From positions 16,176 to 80,175 of the forward strand of contig JBAXQJ010000001.1 in the NCBI GenBank assembly GCA_037131755.1: a stretch of 64,000 bases of DNA, in the 5' to 3' direction. A model generated the notes under the pieces. The model had not been told where the DNA came from and did no database searches. It saw nothing but the letters and a program-made list of their open reading frames with translations. Both the position numbers and the translations under genes were made by a program. Source of the DNA: a bacterium. GTDB lineage: Bacteria > Patescibacteriota > Minisyncoccia > Phycocordibacterales > GWA1-40-21. This document shows positions 54,773 through 64,000 of this stretch, one piece after another; position 1 is the stretch's first letter; every line of letters starts with the position of its first letter.

Positions 54773-55444
54773 ATGAATGCATTGGAGAATAGGTATGATG
54801 AGATGATCGAGTCGGTGAGTCCGGTGTTGATTGAAGGATATGAACGGACTAGTTTGATAGAAGGCCGAACTTTGATGGGATGTAACGAGGATCTCAAGAG
54901 AAATAATGTTCGGAGCCGGTTCTGGGATAAATTGTTACCGAAAGTGGCTGTCGGTAGTATCATTATTTTACCGCTCGTTTACTACATGATTACTTATGAT
55001 TGGCACAATATACCAGATACAAGATATGCTGTGTTAATTTTGTGCCCACTGGTAATTTTTACTGCCTTACTCCTCTTTTTGATGTCGTACGTTGACGGGA
55101 AGAAACTCGAGATTCTCTGCGCGATCAACAATTCTGTTGAGGCGCTCGATCGCTTTGGGCGAATGCTGGGCTTGTTTCCTCACCCTCCGGGAGTTTTGCT
55201 CTGTGAGTCACTGATTTATCGGGAGCTAGTCTTTATCGCTTCAGAGATTGTGAATGGCGAGTTGAAATTTGAGGCGTTGCGTCTCGATCGGAGTTGCGGT
55301 GATGAGACGGTGGTTCAAGTAGGATTGGAAATCCAACGCCGACGCCAGACGCTTGAAAACAAGCTGAAGGCAGCAGCAAGTTTCGGCTTGAAATATGATC
55401 GCAAGAAAATCTTTGCCGAAGCTAAAAAAATGCTTGGGCATTGA
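54773..55444 (+). CDS. Hypothetical membrane protein
   Basis: 223 aa with two central TM helices (VAVGSIIILPLVYYMITY, AVLILCPLVIFTALLLFLMSY). Confidence 0.45.
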   Translation: MNALENRYDEMIESVSPVLIEGYERTSLIEGRTLMGCNEDLKRNNVRSRFWDKLLPKVAVGSIIILPLVYYMITYDWHNIPDTRYAVLILCPLVIFTALLLFLMSYVDGKKLEILCAINNSVEALDRFGRMLGLFPHPPGVLLCESLIYRELVFIASEIVNGELKFEALRLDRSCGDETVVQVGLEIQRRRQTLENKLKAAASFGLKYDRKKIFAEAKKMLGH

Positions 55445-55484
55445 GGCAGTAGCCTCTATAGCACTCTTTAATCGGAGTGCTATT

Positions 55485-56234
55485 TTATTTAGACAAATTT
55501 CTCTTCCAATTATCCAGACAAATAGCGGTGGCAATCGCGACATTTAAAGACTCGGTCCGGCCATAAGCAGGAATGGTGATTTTTTTGGTGACAATTTTTT
55601 CAATCTCGCGGTTGATGCCGTTTGACTCGTTGCCCATTAGCAGTATTCCGTTTGCGGGGAAGGCAAGAGTATGAACATCTTCGCCGTCAAGAAAGGTACC
55701 GAGGATCGGGACTTTGGTTGTCGGCAGAAAAGTTTTTAGATCGACGTAGGACAACTCAACTCGAGTGAAGGAACCTTTGGTGGCACTTATTACTTTAGGA
55801 TTATAGAGATCAACAGTACCGATAGCGGCAATAATTTTTTTAATACCATACCAGTCGGCGATGCGGATAATCGTACCGAGGTTGCCCGGATCGCGGATTT
55901 CGTCGAGAGCGATGGTAATCTCATTTTTATCGATCGTGGGAATTGATACTGGTTTTTGTTTGGCGATAGCGATGGTGGCGCTGTTGCTTTCCATAGAGCT
56001 GACTTTTTCCAGCTCACCTTGTTCAACCGCTTCGGTCCGGATCTGTTTAGTGTTCAAAACTTGTCGATATTTACTGAGGAAATCCTTGGTTGCTAAAACT
56101 TCTGAGACTTGATAGTCGGAATTTATGAGTTCGACAACACTTTTTTCTCCCTCCACTAAAAAAAGACCAGTTTTCTGGCGGTACTTTTTATCATGAAGCT
56201 GTTTGATTGTACTAGCTCGGCCTTTAGTTAACAT
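55485..56234 (-). CDS. TrmH/SpoU-family RNA 2'-O-methyltransferase (RlmB-like)
   Basis: GLFLVEGEKSVVELINS..., IALDEIRDPGNLGTIIRIADWYGI and LLMGNESNGI are the SPOUT motifs. Confidence 0.8.
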   Translation of the reverse strand: MLTKGRASTIKQLHDKKYRQKTGLFLVEGEKSVVELINSDYQVSEVLATKDFLSKYRQVLNTKQIRTEAVEQGELEKVSSMESNSATIAIAKQKPVSIPTIDKNEITIALDEIRDPGNLGTIIRIADWYGIKKIIAAIGTVDLYNPKVISATKGSFTRVELSYVDLKTFLPTTKVPILGTFLDGEDVHTLAFPANGILLMGNESNGINREIEKIVTKKITIPAYGRTESLNVAIATAICLDNWKRNLSK

Positions 56235-56274
56235 GCGCCAATACTAGCACAAGCTGGCGCTTTTTTATAGCCTT

Positions 56275-56490
56275 CTACAGGCTCAAACCAGGAATATTAC
56301 CCAAATCAGCATTGAGGCCCCCGATTAATGAGGGAAGGAAAATTATACTGATAATCAATGGCAAGACGACAACAACTATGGTAATAATGAAAGTCCACTG
56401 GAAATATTTTCTCGTCTTTTCTACTGATTTATAAATAGCGTCAATTTTGACCTGCTGGTCCTCGATTTTTTTGATTAGTTCTTCGTTCAT
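56275..56490 (-). CDS. Hypothetical small membrane protein
   Basis: 71 aa with a single TM (WTFIITIVVVVLPLIISIIFLPSLIGGL). Confidence 0.35.
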   Translation of the reverse strand: MNEELIKKIEDQQVKIDAIYKSVEKTRKYFQWTFIITIVVVVLPLIISIIFLPSLIGGLNADLGNIPGLSL

Positions 56491-56535
56491 AAGATCTATT
56501 ATAGCATTTGGAGATTATTCTGCTATACTCAAATT

Positions 56536-56979
56536 ATGAAAATCTTATTTATCTCAATTGGCAAAAATCACGATTCTGACTTAGGGTCGCCAATCCTGGA
56601 TTACACCAAGAGGTTGGAAAAATATTTCAAAACCGAGTGGAAGATCATTCCTTCTTCAGATGTGAAAAAAGAAGGGGAGCAGATCTTGAAAAATATTGAT
56701 TCCGGGGATTATGTTTTGGCTTTGGATGAGAAAGGGAAGGAGGTCAGCACCCTTGAATTGGCCGGCCTGGTAGAAAAAAGAATGATTGCCGGCGACAAGA
56801 GGCTGGTTTTTGTGATCGGCGGGTCTTATGGCCTGGACCAGACGGTCTTGGAGAAGGCGAATTATATTTGGTCGCTATCGAAACTGACTTTTCCTCATCA
56901 GATCGTCCGACTTGTCTTGACCGAGGCCATCTATCGGGCAGTTTCGGTGATAAAAAATGAGCCTTATCACCATAGGTAA
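56536..56979 (+). CDS. rlmH: 23S rRNA (pseudouridine1915-N3)-methyltransferase RlmH
   Basis: 147 aa, ...VLALDEKGKEVSTLELAGLVEK...LVFVIGGSYGLDQTVLEKANYIWSLSKLTFPHQIVRLVLTEAIYRA is typical RlmH (SPOUT). Confidence 0.85.
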   Translation: MKILFISIGKNHDSDLGSPILDYTKRLEKYFKTEWKIIPSSDVKKEGEQILKNIDSGDYVLALDEKGKEVSTLELAGLVEKRMIAGDKRLVFVIGGSYGLDQTVLEKANYIWSLSKLTFPHQIVRLVLTEAIYRAVSVIKNEPYHHR

Positions 56980-57108
56980 AATACAAGACGACACAACTAT
57001 GGTCTGTCATCCTCGCGCAGGCGGGGATACAGTATTATAATAAGGACGAGATTCCTGTTTTCACAGGAATGACAGAAAGTAATATATTATTAAATTAAAT
57101 TTGATATC

Positions 57109-58257
57109 ATGGACGTCTACAAAAAATCATTAGCGCTTCATAAGAAGCATGCCGGCAAAATCGAGATCAAAGGCAAGGTGCAAGTCAAAAACCGAGCCGA
57201 TTTGTCTTTGGCTTATACGCCGGGAGTAGGGCAGGTTTGTCTGGAAATCGCCAAAGATCCAAAGAAGGTTTACGATTATACGATCAAGAAAAATATGGTG
57301 GCGGTGGTGTCCGACGGTTCGGCTGTGCTCGGACTTGGTAATCTCGGAGCGCTCGGAGCCATACCGGTCATGGAAGGCAAGGCCCTGCTCTTCAAGGAAT
57401 TTGGCGGAGTAGATGCCTTTCCGATCTGTCTCGACACTCAGGACACGGAAGAAATAATAAAAGCCGTCAAGCAGATTGCACCGGTTTTTGGCGGAATAAA
57501 CTTGGAAGACTTTTCGGCCCCAAGATGCTTTGAGATTGAGACCAGGTTGCGAGCGGAATTGTCCATACCGGTCATGCACGATGATCAGCATGGCACCGCG
57601 ACCGTCGTCTTAGCAGGCTTGATTAATGCGCTCAAGTTGCGAAAGTTAAAAAAAGAAGAAGCAAAAGTCCTGATCAATGGAGCTGGAGCAGCCGGCACAG
57701 CGATTACCAAAATGCTTGTCGGTTATGGCTTTAAAAATATTATTTTGGGCGATAGCAGGGGGATTGTGTCAGAAGATCGAGCAGATTTGAATGCCGAGAA
57801 AAAAGATTTGTTGAATCATATCAAGAATCAAACCGGTGCTTATGAGAAAATTTCCGGTGACCTGGCGATGGCGATCAAAGGTCGGGATATATTTATTGGT
57901 GTCAGCAAGGCGGGAGTGCTGTCGATGGAGATGGTCAAGACCATGAATGCCAAACCGCTGATTTTTGCTTTGGCCAATCCGGTGCCGGAAATCATGCCGG
58001 ATTTGGCGAAGAAGGCCGGAGCCTTTATCGTCGCGACGGGTCGTTCGGACTTTCCAAATCAGCTGAACAACGTCCTCGGTTTTCCTGGTATTTTCCGCGG
58101 CGCTTTGGACAACAAGATAAAACAGTTTGAACCGCGGATGTTTGTCAAAGCAGCTGAAGCCCTTGCTCGATGCGTGAAAAAACCGACCGTTGATTATATT
58201 CTGCCAAGGCCTTTTGATAAGGGCATAGTAAAAGCCGTGGCGAAAGTGATAAAATAA
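57109..58257 (+). CDS. NAD(P)-dependent malic enzyme (short bacterial type, malic-enzyme domain only)
   Basis: ADLSLAYTPGVGQVCLEI, VVSDGSAVLGLGNLG, GGINLEDFSAPRCFEIE and LINGAGAAGTAI. Confidence 0.8.
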   Translation: MDVYKKSLALHKKHAGKIEIKGKVQVKNRADLSLAYTPGVGQVCLEIAKDPKKVYDYTIKKNMVAVVSDGSAVLGLGNLGALGAIPVMEGKALLFKEFGGVDAFPICLDTQDTEEIIKAVKQIAPVFGGINLEDFSAPRCFEIETRLRAELSIPVMHDDQHGTATVVLAGLINALKLRKLKKEEAKVLINGAGAAGTAITKMLVGYGFKNIILGDSRGIVSEDRADLNAEKKDLLNHIKNQTGAYEKISGDLAMAIKGRDIFIGVSKAGVLSMEMVKTMNAKPLIFALANPVPEIMPDLAKKAGAFIVATGRSDFPNQLNNVLGFPGIFRGALDNKIKQFEPRMFVKAAEALARCVKKPTVDYILPRPFDKGIVKAVAKVIK

Positions 58258-58293
58258 GGACAACATTATTAACATAATTAATTCATAAACTAT

Positions 58294-58680
58294 ATGTCAA
58301 AAGGTTTTGTAAAAAATATTGAACAGGAGACATTGGGCAACGATAATTTTCGAAAAGTCTTGTACACCTCCCAGCACGGGCAAGTGGTGGTGATGAGCTT
58401 GAAACCATTGGAAGACATTGGCGCTGAGGTCCACGAGTATACCGATCAGTTTTTTCGTGTGGACAGCGGGGAAGGCAAGGTAGTGATTGACGGTGAGGAG
58501 TCAGTGATAACCGATGGTTTTGCTGTCGTCGTGCCGGCTGGTTCGCGCCACAATGTGATAAACACTTCGGCCGAGAAGCCGCTCAAGCTCTATACTATTT
58601 ATATGCCCCCGCACCATGTGGATGGGGTAGTGCATAAGACCAAAGAAGAAGCGGAGAATGACCTGACCGATCATTTGTGA
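58294..58680 (+). CDS. Cupin-domain protein
   Basis: HEYTDQFFRVDSGEGKVVIDGEESVITDGFAVVVPAGSRHNVIN is the cupin_2 two-motif pattern. A strong terminator lies at 58697-58735. Confidence 0.65.
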   Translation: MSKGFVKNIEQETLGNDNFRKVLYTSQHGQVVVMSLKPLEDIGAEVHEYTDQFFRVDSGEGKVVIDGEESVITDGFAVVVPAGSRHNVINTSAEKPLKLYTIYMPPHHVDGVVHKTKEEAENDLTDHL

Positions 58681-58696
58681 TAGGTGGTAGATTTTA

Positions 58697-58735
58697 AGCC
58701 GCCCGGACCGAAGGTCCGGGCGGCTTTTGCTTTTG
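58697..58735 (+). terminator. Rho-independent terminator after the cupin gene
   Basis: AGCCGCCCGGACCGAAGGTCCGGGCGGCTTTTGCTTTT. Confidence 0.8.
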
Positions 58736-58787
58736 GATCTGCGTTAGGAGTTGACAGTATACCCCTAGGGGGTATATACTGTTAGTC

Positions 58788-59048
58788 ATGAAAGACAAAC
58801 AAAAAATAGTTCGTCGTTTGCAAATTATTGAGGGTCAGGTGCGGGGCTTGAAAGAGATGCTGGAAAAAGGCGTTTATTGCATTGATGTCATCACCCAAAC
58901 ATCGGCGATCAAGCAGGCCCTGTCTGGCGTCGAGGATGCTTTATTGGAAAACCATCTGAAGACTTGCGTGATCGATCAGATCCAAAAAGGTAAGGAGAAC
59001 AAGGCGCAGGCGGAAATATTAAAAGTCTATCGCTTAAAACGAAGATAA
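58788..59048 (+). CDS. csoR: CsoR/RcnR-family metal-sensing transcriptional repressor
   Basis: [35 protein letters not shown]...HLKTCV has the CsoR fold with C-H-C ligands. Immediately upstream of copA. Confidence 0.8.
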   Translation: MKDKQKIVRRLQIIEGQVRGLKEMLEKGVYCIDVITQTSAIKQALSGVEDALLENHLKTCVIDQIQKGKENKAQAEILKVYRLKRR

Positions 59049-59061
59049 AAACGGTAATTTT

Positions 59062-61344
59062 ATGCAAACACAAAAACTTAAAATCAAAGGCATGCATTGC
59101 GCTTCCTGCGCTTCGATCATCGAGCGCTCTTGCCGAAAAGTGGCCGGAGTAGAATCGGTCGAAGTGAATTACGGCTCCGAGACGGCAAAAGTTTCTTTCG
59201 ATGAGACTAAAGTTTCTCTGAATAATTTAGCTGAAAAAATCGAGCCACTCGGCTATTCATTTTCGCCGTTTGGTGCCAACCAGATGAATATGTCGGCTTC
59301 TGAGCACGCCGCACACCTTGGCCTGAACGAAAGCAAGAGAGAAAAACTGGCCGAGTTGAAAGCCTTAAAAGCTAAAGTTGTTTCTGTCATCCCTCTTGCC
59401 ATCATCAGCATTTTTGTCATGGCTTGGGATATTTCTTCCCAATTTAACTTAGTGTTGCCGATGACCGAAGTGTGGAAAGAATTCTTCCATCACTTGCTGC
59501 CGGTTTTTGCCACCTATGCCTTATTTGTAGTTGGCCAGCCTTATCTCGCTGGCGTCTACCGTTTTTTGCGACACGGCAAGGCGAACATGGATACTTTAAT
59601 CGGTATCGGCACCAGTGTCGCTTTTGTTTACAGCTTTATCGTCGGGGCGTTCGAAAACATTTTGAAACCATATTTGAATGTCGAAGCGATTTATTTTGAT
59701 GTGACAGTCGTGGTGATCGCTTTTATCACTCTTGGTAAGTATTTGGAAACTCGTTCCAAACTCAAGACCGGCAATGCTATTGAAAAACTTCTGGGCCTCC
59801 AAGCCAAGACGGCTCTCCTATGGCGGGATGGCCAGGAAACAGAGGTGCCGATAAGCGAGGTAAAAATTGGCGATATCGTGATCGTAAAGCCCGGTGGAAA
59901 AATTCCCGTTGACGGACAGATTATCGACGGGCAGTCGGCAATCGATGAATCGATGATCACTGGCGAGTCATTGCCGGTCGACAAGAAAATCGGCGATCAG
60001 GTGATCGGATCGACCATCAACAAGCAGGGAAGTTTTAAATTGCGAGCGAATAAAGTCGGATCGGAAACCATCCTCGCGCAAATTATAAAAATGGTGGAGG
60101 ATGCTCAGGGCTCGAAGGCGCCGATTCAAGCCTTGGCTGATAAGATTTCCGGGATTTTTGTGCCGATTGTTTTGGTCATCGCTTTTCTTTCTCTTTTGGC
60201 CTGGCTCTTGATCGGACCGAAATTTATGCCGTTTTCTCAGGCTTTGTCCATCGCCCTTACTTCCTTTGTCGGCATTTTGGTCATTGCTTGCCCATGCGCG
60301 CTAGGACTCGCGACGCCGACAGCAATCATTGTGGGGGTTGGCAAGGGGGCGGAGCATGGGATCCTGATAAAAAATGCCGAGAGTTTGGAAAAATTAAGCC
60401 AAGTAACAACCGTCGTCTTTGACAAGACCGGCACGATTACCAAGGGAGAATTGGCAGTGACTGAGGTGGTCACGCTTGATAAAAATATTGACGAAAAAAG
60501 TCTTATTCAAATCGCGGCCAGTCTGGAAAACCATTCCGGCCATCCGCTGGCGGAAGCGATTGTGAAAAGAGCTAGGACGGAAAAAATTAGTTTTCTCGAT
60601 GTCCAAAATTTCAAAGCCCTTGAGGGAGTCGGAGTCGAAGGAAATATCCTGAATGAAAAAATCGAAATCCACCGACCGCACAAAGACGATCAAAACATTC
60701 CCGCGATTACCAATTTGCAACAAGAGGGAAAGACGGTGGTGGTGATCAAGAAAAATAACCTGCAAATCGGTCTCATCGCCTTGGCCGATACTTTGAAAGC
60801 AGAAGCGGTGGAAGCGATAAAAAATCTCCACAAAAAAGGCTTGACGGTGGTGATGCTGACCGGAGACAATATGCTCGCTGCCAAGCATATCGGATCGCTC
60901 GCTGGAATAGACATGATCATTGCCGAAGTCTTGCCTCATGAAAAGGCAAATAAAATCAAAGCGCTTCAAGCGGAAGGAAATATCGTGGCGATGGCCGGCG
61001 ATGGCGTGAATGATGCGCCGGCTCTGGTCCAGGCGGATATCGGGATCGCGATGGCGACGGGGACGGACGTGGCGATGGAATCGGCCGGCATTACTTTATT
61101 GGGCGGTGACATAAGCAAGCTTTCCCAAGCCATAGATTTGGCCAAGGCGACAATGAAGACGGTCAGGCAAAATCTTTTTTGGGCTTTCATCTATAATATT
61201 GTCGGCATCCCGATTGCCGCTGGCGGCTTGTATCCTTTCTGGAAGATATTGCTGAACCCGATATTCGCGGGGTTGGCGATGGCTGGCAGCAGCGTGTCAG
61301 TAGTTTCCAATTCGCTTAGATTGAAGGTACTTAAGTTAAAATAA
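59062..61344 (+). CDS. copA: Copper-translocating P1B-type ATPase
   Basis: N-terminal [20 protein letters not shown] motif ([11 protein letters not shown]), DKTGTIT phosphorylation site, hinge [10 protein letters not shown] and HP motif. Confidence 0.9.
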   Translation: MQTQKLKIKGMHCASCASIIERSCRKVAGVESVEVNYGSETAKVSFDETKVSLNNLAEKIEPLGYSFSPFGANQMNMSASEHAAHLGLNESKREKLAELKALKAKVVSVIPLAIISIFVMAWDISSQFNLVLPMTEVWKEFFHHLLPVFATYALFVVGQPYLAGVYRFLRHGKANMDTLIGIGTSVAFVYSFIVGAFENILKPYLNVEAIYFDVTVVVIAFITLGKYLETRSKLKTGNAIEKLLGLQAKTALLWRDGQETEVPISEVKIGDIVIVKPGGKIPVDGQIIDGQSAIDESMITGESLPVDKKIGDQVIGSTINKQGSFKLRANKVGSETILAQIIKMVEDAQGSKAPIQALADKISGIFVPIVLVIAFLSLLAWLLIGPKFMPFSQALSIALTSFVGILVIACPCALGLATPTAIIVGVGKGAEHGILIKNAESLEKLSQVTTVVFDKTGTITKGELAVTEVVTLDKNIDEKSLIQIAASLENHSGHPLAEAIVKRARTEKISFLDVQNFKALEGVGVEGNILNEKIEIHRPHKDDQNIPAITNLQQEGKTVVVIKKNNLQIGLIALADTLKAEAVEAIKNLHKKGLTVVMLTGDNMLAAKHIGSLAGIDMIIAEVLPHEKANKIKALQAEGNIVAMAGDGVNDAPALVQADIGIAMATGTDVAMESAGITLLGGDISKLSQAIDLAKATMKTVRQNLFWAFIYNIVGIPIAAGGLYPFWKILLNPIFAGLAMAGSSVSVVSNSLRLKVLKLK

Positions 61345-61348
61345 AACC

Positions 61349-62380
61349 ATGGATAAAAAAGAAACAAAGAAATATATTTTTCATGTTCAAGGGATGCACT
61401 GCAAAGCTTGCGGTTTGTTAATCACGGACAAACTATCAGAAGCTTACGGTATTTTGTCTGTAAATGTTGATGAAAATAATCATACGGTTGAGATCGAGAG
61501 TGTCGCCGGGCCGACGAGGGAACAGTTCCTAGCGGAACTTAATAAAATAGTAGCTAAAGACGGCTACCATCTTTCGATTGAGAAGAAAGCCTTCCGGCCG
61601 AAGTGGCGGGAATTTGCTTATGCGGTGCCGGCAGTCGCGATATTTGTTGCTGTTTTTGTCTGGTTGCAAAAAGCCGGTCTGGCCAGTCTGATTTCCGCAG
61701 ATAAGGTCAGTTTGCCGGTCGCGTTTGGTGTCGGTCTCGTCGCCTCTGTTTCATCGTGCTTGGCGGTCGTGGGCGGATTACTGCTTTCGGTTTCGGCAAA
61801 CTATGCCAAAGACGGTGAAAAAAAACAGCCCCAGATATTGTTTCATTTCGGCCGCCTGATTTCCTTTTTTGTCTTTGGCGGGGTGATCGGTCTCGTCGGA
61901 TCGGCTTTTACCCTAAGCGGTACGATGACTGCTGTACTTGGTCTGTTTGTCGGTTTGGTGATGCTGTCGCTCGGAATAAATCTTTTGGATATTTTCCCTT
62001 GGGCCAAAAAGATCCAAATCCATCTGCCAAAGTTTTTCACATCTACAGCTAGTAGCGTAAAAAACATTCAACACGGGCTTGCGCCGTTTCTTATTGGTAT
62101 GAGCACTTTCTTCTTGCCTTGCGGTTTCACTCAGTCGATGCAGATATACAGCTTGTCGACTGGTTCCTTTGTCCTGGGGGCGCTCACGATGACCGCTTTT
62201 GCTCTGGGAACATTGCCAGTCTTGGCGCTTATCAGCTTTACCTCTGTCGAGCTTGGCAAGAGTCGCTGGTCCGGGGTATTCTTTAAGGGGGCAGGACTCC
62301 TGGTAATACTTTTTGCCCTGCTGAATATCATGAATAGTTTGGTTGTGGTCGGGGCAATAAGGCCGTTATTTAATTTTTAA
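61349..62380 (+). CDS. HMA-domain membrane protein (DsbD_2/TauE-like polytopic domain fused to an N-terminal heavy-metal-associated domain)
   Basis: N-terminal GMHCKACGLLITDKL (MxCxxC). Six or more TM helices with conserved Cys (VSSCLAVVGG, FFLPCGFTQSM). Confidence 0.55.
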   Translation: MDKKETKKYIFHVQGMHCKACGLLITDKLSEAYGILSVNVDENNHTVEIESVAGPTREQFLAELNKIVAKDGYHLSIEKKAFRPKWREFAYAVPAVAIFVAVFVWLQKAGLASLISADKVSLPVAFGVGLVASVSSCLAVVGGLLLSVSANYAKDGEKKQPQILFHFGRLISFFVFGGVIGLVGSAFTLSGTMTAVLGLFVGLVMLSLGINLLDIFPWAKKIQIHLPKFFTSTASSVKNIQHGLAPFLIGMSTFFLPCGFTQSMQIYSLSTGSFVLGALTMTAFALGTLPVLALISFTSVELGKSRWSGVFFKGAGLLVILFALLNIMNSLVVVGAIRPLFNF

Positions 62381-62384
62381 TCTT

Positions 62385-62813
62385 ATGGCTAAAACAAAAA
62401 TAATCATCGCGGTCATAATCGCTGGAACATTGATTGCCTTGGCACTAATCCTGTCTAAAGGAAATTCATCTCCGGTTGCGGACGGTAGCGTAGCACCGGT
62501 AAAAATTCAAGAGAAGCCGGAGTCTGTTGTGCCAAGAATCGAAGGCAACACGCAGATTATCGAAATGACGGCAAAGGGTGGTTTTACGCCCGAGACAATC
62601 GTCGCCAAGGCTGGCGTGAAGACTATCTTGCGGGTCATAACGAGAGCGACTTATGATTGCTCGTCCTCTGTGTCTATCCCGGATTTGAATTATCGAAAAA
62701 TATTGCCGGCCTCCGGCACGACGGATATTGAAATTCCGGCCCAATCTGCTGGAAAAGAAATTCAAGGTACTTGCGGTATGGGGATGTATCGATTTTCTGT
62801 GAGATTCGAGTAG
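62385..62813 (+). CDS. Hypothetical membrane-anchored small protein, possibly cupredoxin-like (copper-module context)
   Basis: N-terminal TM, C-terminal ...EIQGTCGMGMYRF (a Cys/Met cluster). The assignment is context-based and weak. Confidence 0.35.
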   Translation: MAKTKIIIAVIIAGTLIALALILSKGNSSPVADGSVAPVKIQEKPESVVPRIEGNTQIIEMTAKGGFTPETIVAKAGVKTILRVITRATYDCSSSVSIPDLNYRKILPASGTTDIEIPAQSAGKEIQGTCGMGMYRFSVRFE

Positions 62814-62874
62814 AAGCCAGGGATAGCTCTTGATGGTGAATTTGATTATGGTTTTTTAGTGATATAATTGAGGG

Positions 62875-63438
62875 ATGGAGACGGATAATATCGAAATAAT
62901 AAAAAATGGCGGGGTAGGAGTGATACCGACCGATACGGTGTACGGGTTGGCTTGTTCGGCTTTCAATGAATCGGCTCTCGAGAGGATGTTTGAAATAAAA
63001 GGGCGGGCGGAAAATAAACCGCCGGTTGTCCTGATTGCTGAAATGAAAGATTTGGAAAAATTTGGCGCCGAATTGTCCGACCGGGCCAAAATTTTGGTGA
63101 CAAAATTTTGGCCCGGTCCGGTCAGTATCATTCTACCGATTAAAAAAGAGCTAGCTTATCTGGATAAAGGCTTGGGCCTGGCCATCCGTCTGCCCGACAA
63201 TTCTCAATTGAGAGATTTTTTAAAGAAGACTGGACCACTGGCGACAACCAGTGCAAACTTGCAAGGCCAGCCGCCGGCCAAAAATATCGAAGAAGCCAGA
63301 AAGTATTTCGGCCGTCGCGTTGATTTTTACAAAGAAGGTTGTGACTTGTCCCAAACTGCTTCGACTCTAGTTAAAGTGAAAGGCGACAAGGTGGAGATTC
63401 TTCGACAGGGGACCTTGAGGATAGATAGCAATTTTTAA
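62875..63438 (+). CDS. tsaC: L-threonylcarbamoyladenylate synthase TsaC/YrdC
   Basis: GVIPTDTVYGLACSAFNESALERMFEIKGR, LIAEMKDLEKF and ...PLATTSANLQGQPPA are the YrdC/Sua5 signature. Confidence 0.8.
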   Translation: METDNIEIIKNGGVGVIPTDTVYGLACSAFNESALERMFEIKGRAENKPPVVLIAEMKDLEKFGAELSDRAKILVTKFWPGPVSIILPIKKELAYLDKGLGLAIRLPDNSQLRDFLKKTGPLATTSANLQGQPPAKNIEEARKYFGRRVDFYKEGCDLSQTASTLVKVKGDKVEILRQGTLRIDSNF

Positions 63439-63498
63439 TCAGTTTTTTTCGGCCGGTCGCCATTAGAGATTTTTCGGTATTTATGGTATCGTATTTTT

Positions 63499-64000
63499 AT
63501 GCAACAAACTATAACTCTAATCACTAAGCCGTCCAAGGATTACGAATTGATCGATTCTGGCGATGGGGAAAAGCTTGAGCGCTATGGCGCTTATGTTTTG
63601 CGCCGTCCGGATCCGCAAGCGCTTTGGAAGAAAAGTTTAACCGATGCCGAATGGAAAGCGGCCAATTATTCATTTATCCGTGAAGGTGACAGTGGGCGTT
63701 GGAAAACCAAAGAAGGTCTGCCGAAAGAATGGTCTATTGAAATGGATAAGTTGAAATTCTTGATCAAACCAACCGCTTTCAAGCATACGGGATTGTTTCC
63801 GGAAAATCAGCCAAATTGGAATTGGATTCAGGAGAAGATTTCTAAGAAGCTACAAGCTGATAAGTTACAAACTGTTAAAGTCTTGAATCTTTTCGGTTAT
63901 ACCGGCGGGGCAAGTCTCGCTGCTGCGAGTGCTGGAGCCGAAGTCGTGCACGTTGATGGTTCTAAAAGCGCAATCACTTGGGCAAAACAGAATGCTGAAG
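63499..64000 (+). CDS. Class I SAM-dependent rRNA methyltransferase (RlmI/YccW-like), N-terminal part; continues beyond the window
   Basis: MQQTITLITKPSKDYELIDSGDGEKLERYG... then KHTGLFPENQPNWNWI and VLNLFGYTGGASLAAASAGAEVVHVDGSK (SAM motif I region). Confidence 0.6.
   Translation, partial: MQQTITLITKPSKDYELIDSGDGEKLERYGAYVLRRPDPQALWKKSLTDAEWKAANYSFIREGDSGRWKTKEGLPKEWSIEMDKLKFLIKPTAFKHTGLFPENQPNWNWIQEKISKKLQADKLQTVKVLNLFGYTGGASLAAASAGAEVVHVDGSKSAITWAKQNAE

Noticed and set aside
1-64000. Searched for CRISPR arrays, rRNA genes and transposase/integrase genes.
   Set aside because: No regularly spaced direct repeats and no recognisable transposase/integrase or rRNA sequence seen by eye. Only short tandem coding repeats (the STGPGGGL repeat) and isolated palindromes were found.

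Overview
This 64 kb window looks like a small, AT-leaning bacterial genome, possibly a Patescibacteria/CPR-type organism; that guess rests on small housekeeping genes, sortase plus type IV pilus genes, and many tiny membrane ORFs. A housekeeping backbone (partial mutM, a cell-wall amidase, a Mur ligase, ruvA, rpsT ... cspA, engB, ruvX, csaA-like, dedA, pilMNO ... rluA, rplS, a GT2 glycosyltransferase, a cobalamin adenosyltransferase, trmH, rlmH, malic enzyme, csoR-copA copper module, tsaC, rlmI-like) is interrupted by a ~32 kb accessory region from about 4.3 kb to about 36 kb. That region starts right after rpsT and ends at a minus-strand tRNA-Arg-like gene. It contains three recognisable defense loci: a DUF4238 gene, a Gabija-like OLD-ATPase/TOPRIM plus UvrD-helicase pair, and an MmeI-family Type IIL restriction-modification enzyme. 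Next to these sit peptide deformylase overlapping a 2-TM protein, and an unassigned two-gene cassette (small protein plus a 1023-aa TraD/VirD4/HerA-like P-loop ATPase with a putative C-terminal PD-(D/E)xK nuclease); that cassette is my top candidate for an undescribed defense system. The region also holds a 2245-aa Rhs polymorphic toxin with a putative zinc-ribbon immunity gene, a 1276-aa LamG/TSP3-repeat surface protein, a putative HEPN-motif gene pair, and two further unknown genes beside a structured non-coding region. I call six tRNAs: Arg-GCG (unusual anticodon), Ser-TGA, Arg-TCT, Val-TAC and Leu-GAG, plus a tRNA-Leu 3'-end duplicate. Other non-coding features are three paralogous HTH-XRE modules with conserved leaders, upstream small ORFs and long palindromes showing compensatory changes; an ~88-nt structured-RNA-like element present twice with a covarying outer stem; three paralogous HNH endonuclease genes; and a sortase with an LPNTA-anchored DUF3494/DUF11-like surface protein. 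No CRISPR array or rRNA was seen. All calls come from reading the sequence and six-frame translations by eye; no database search was run.
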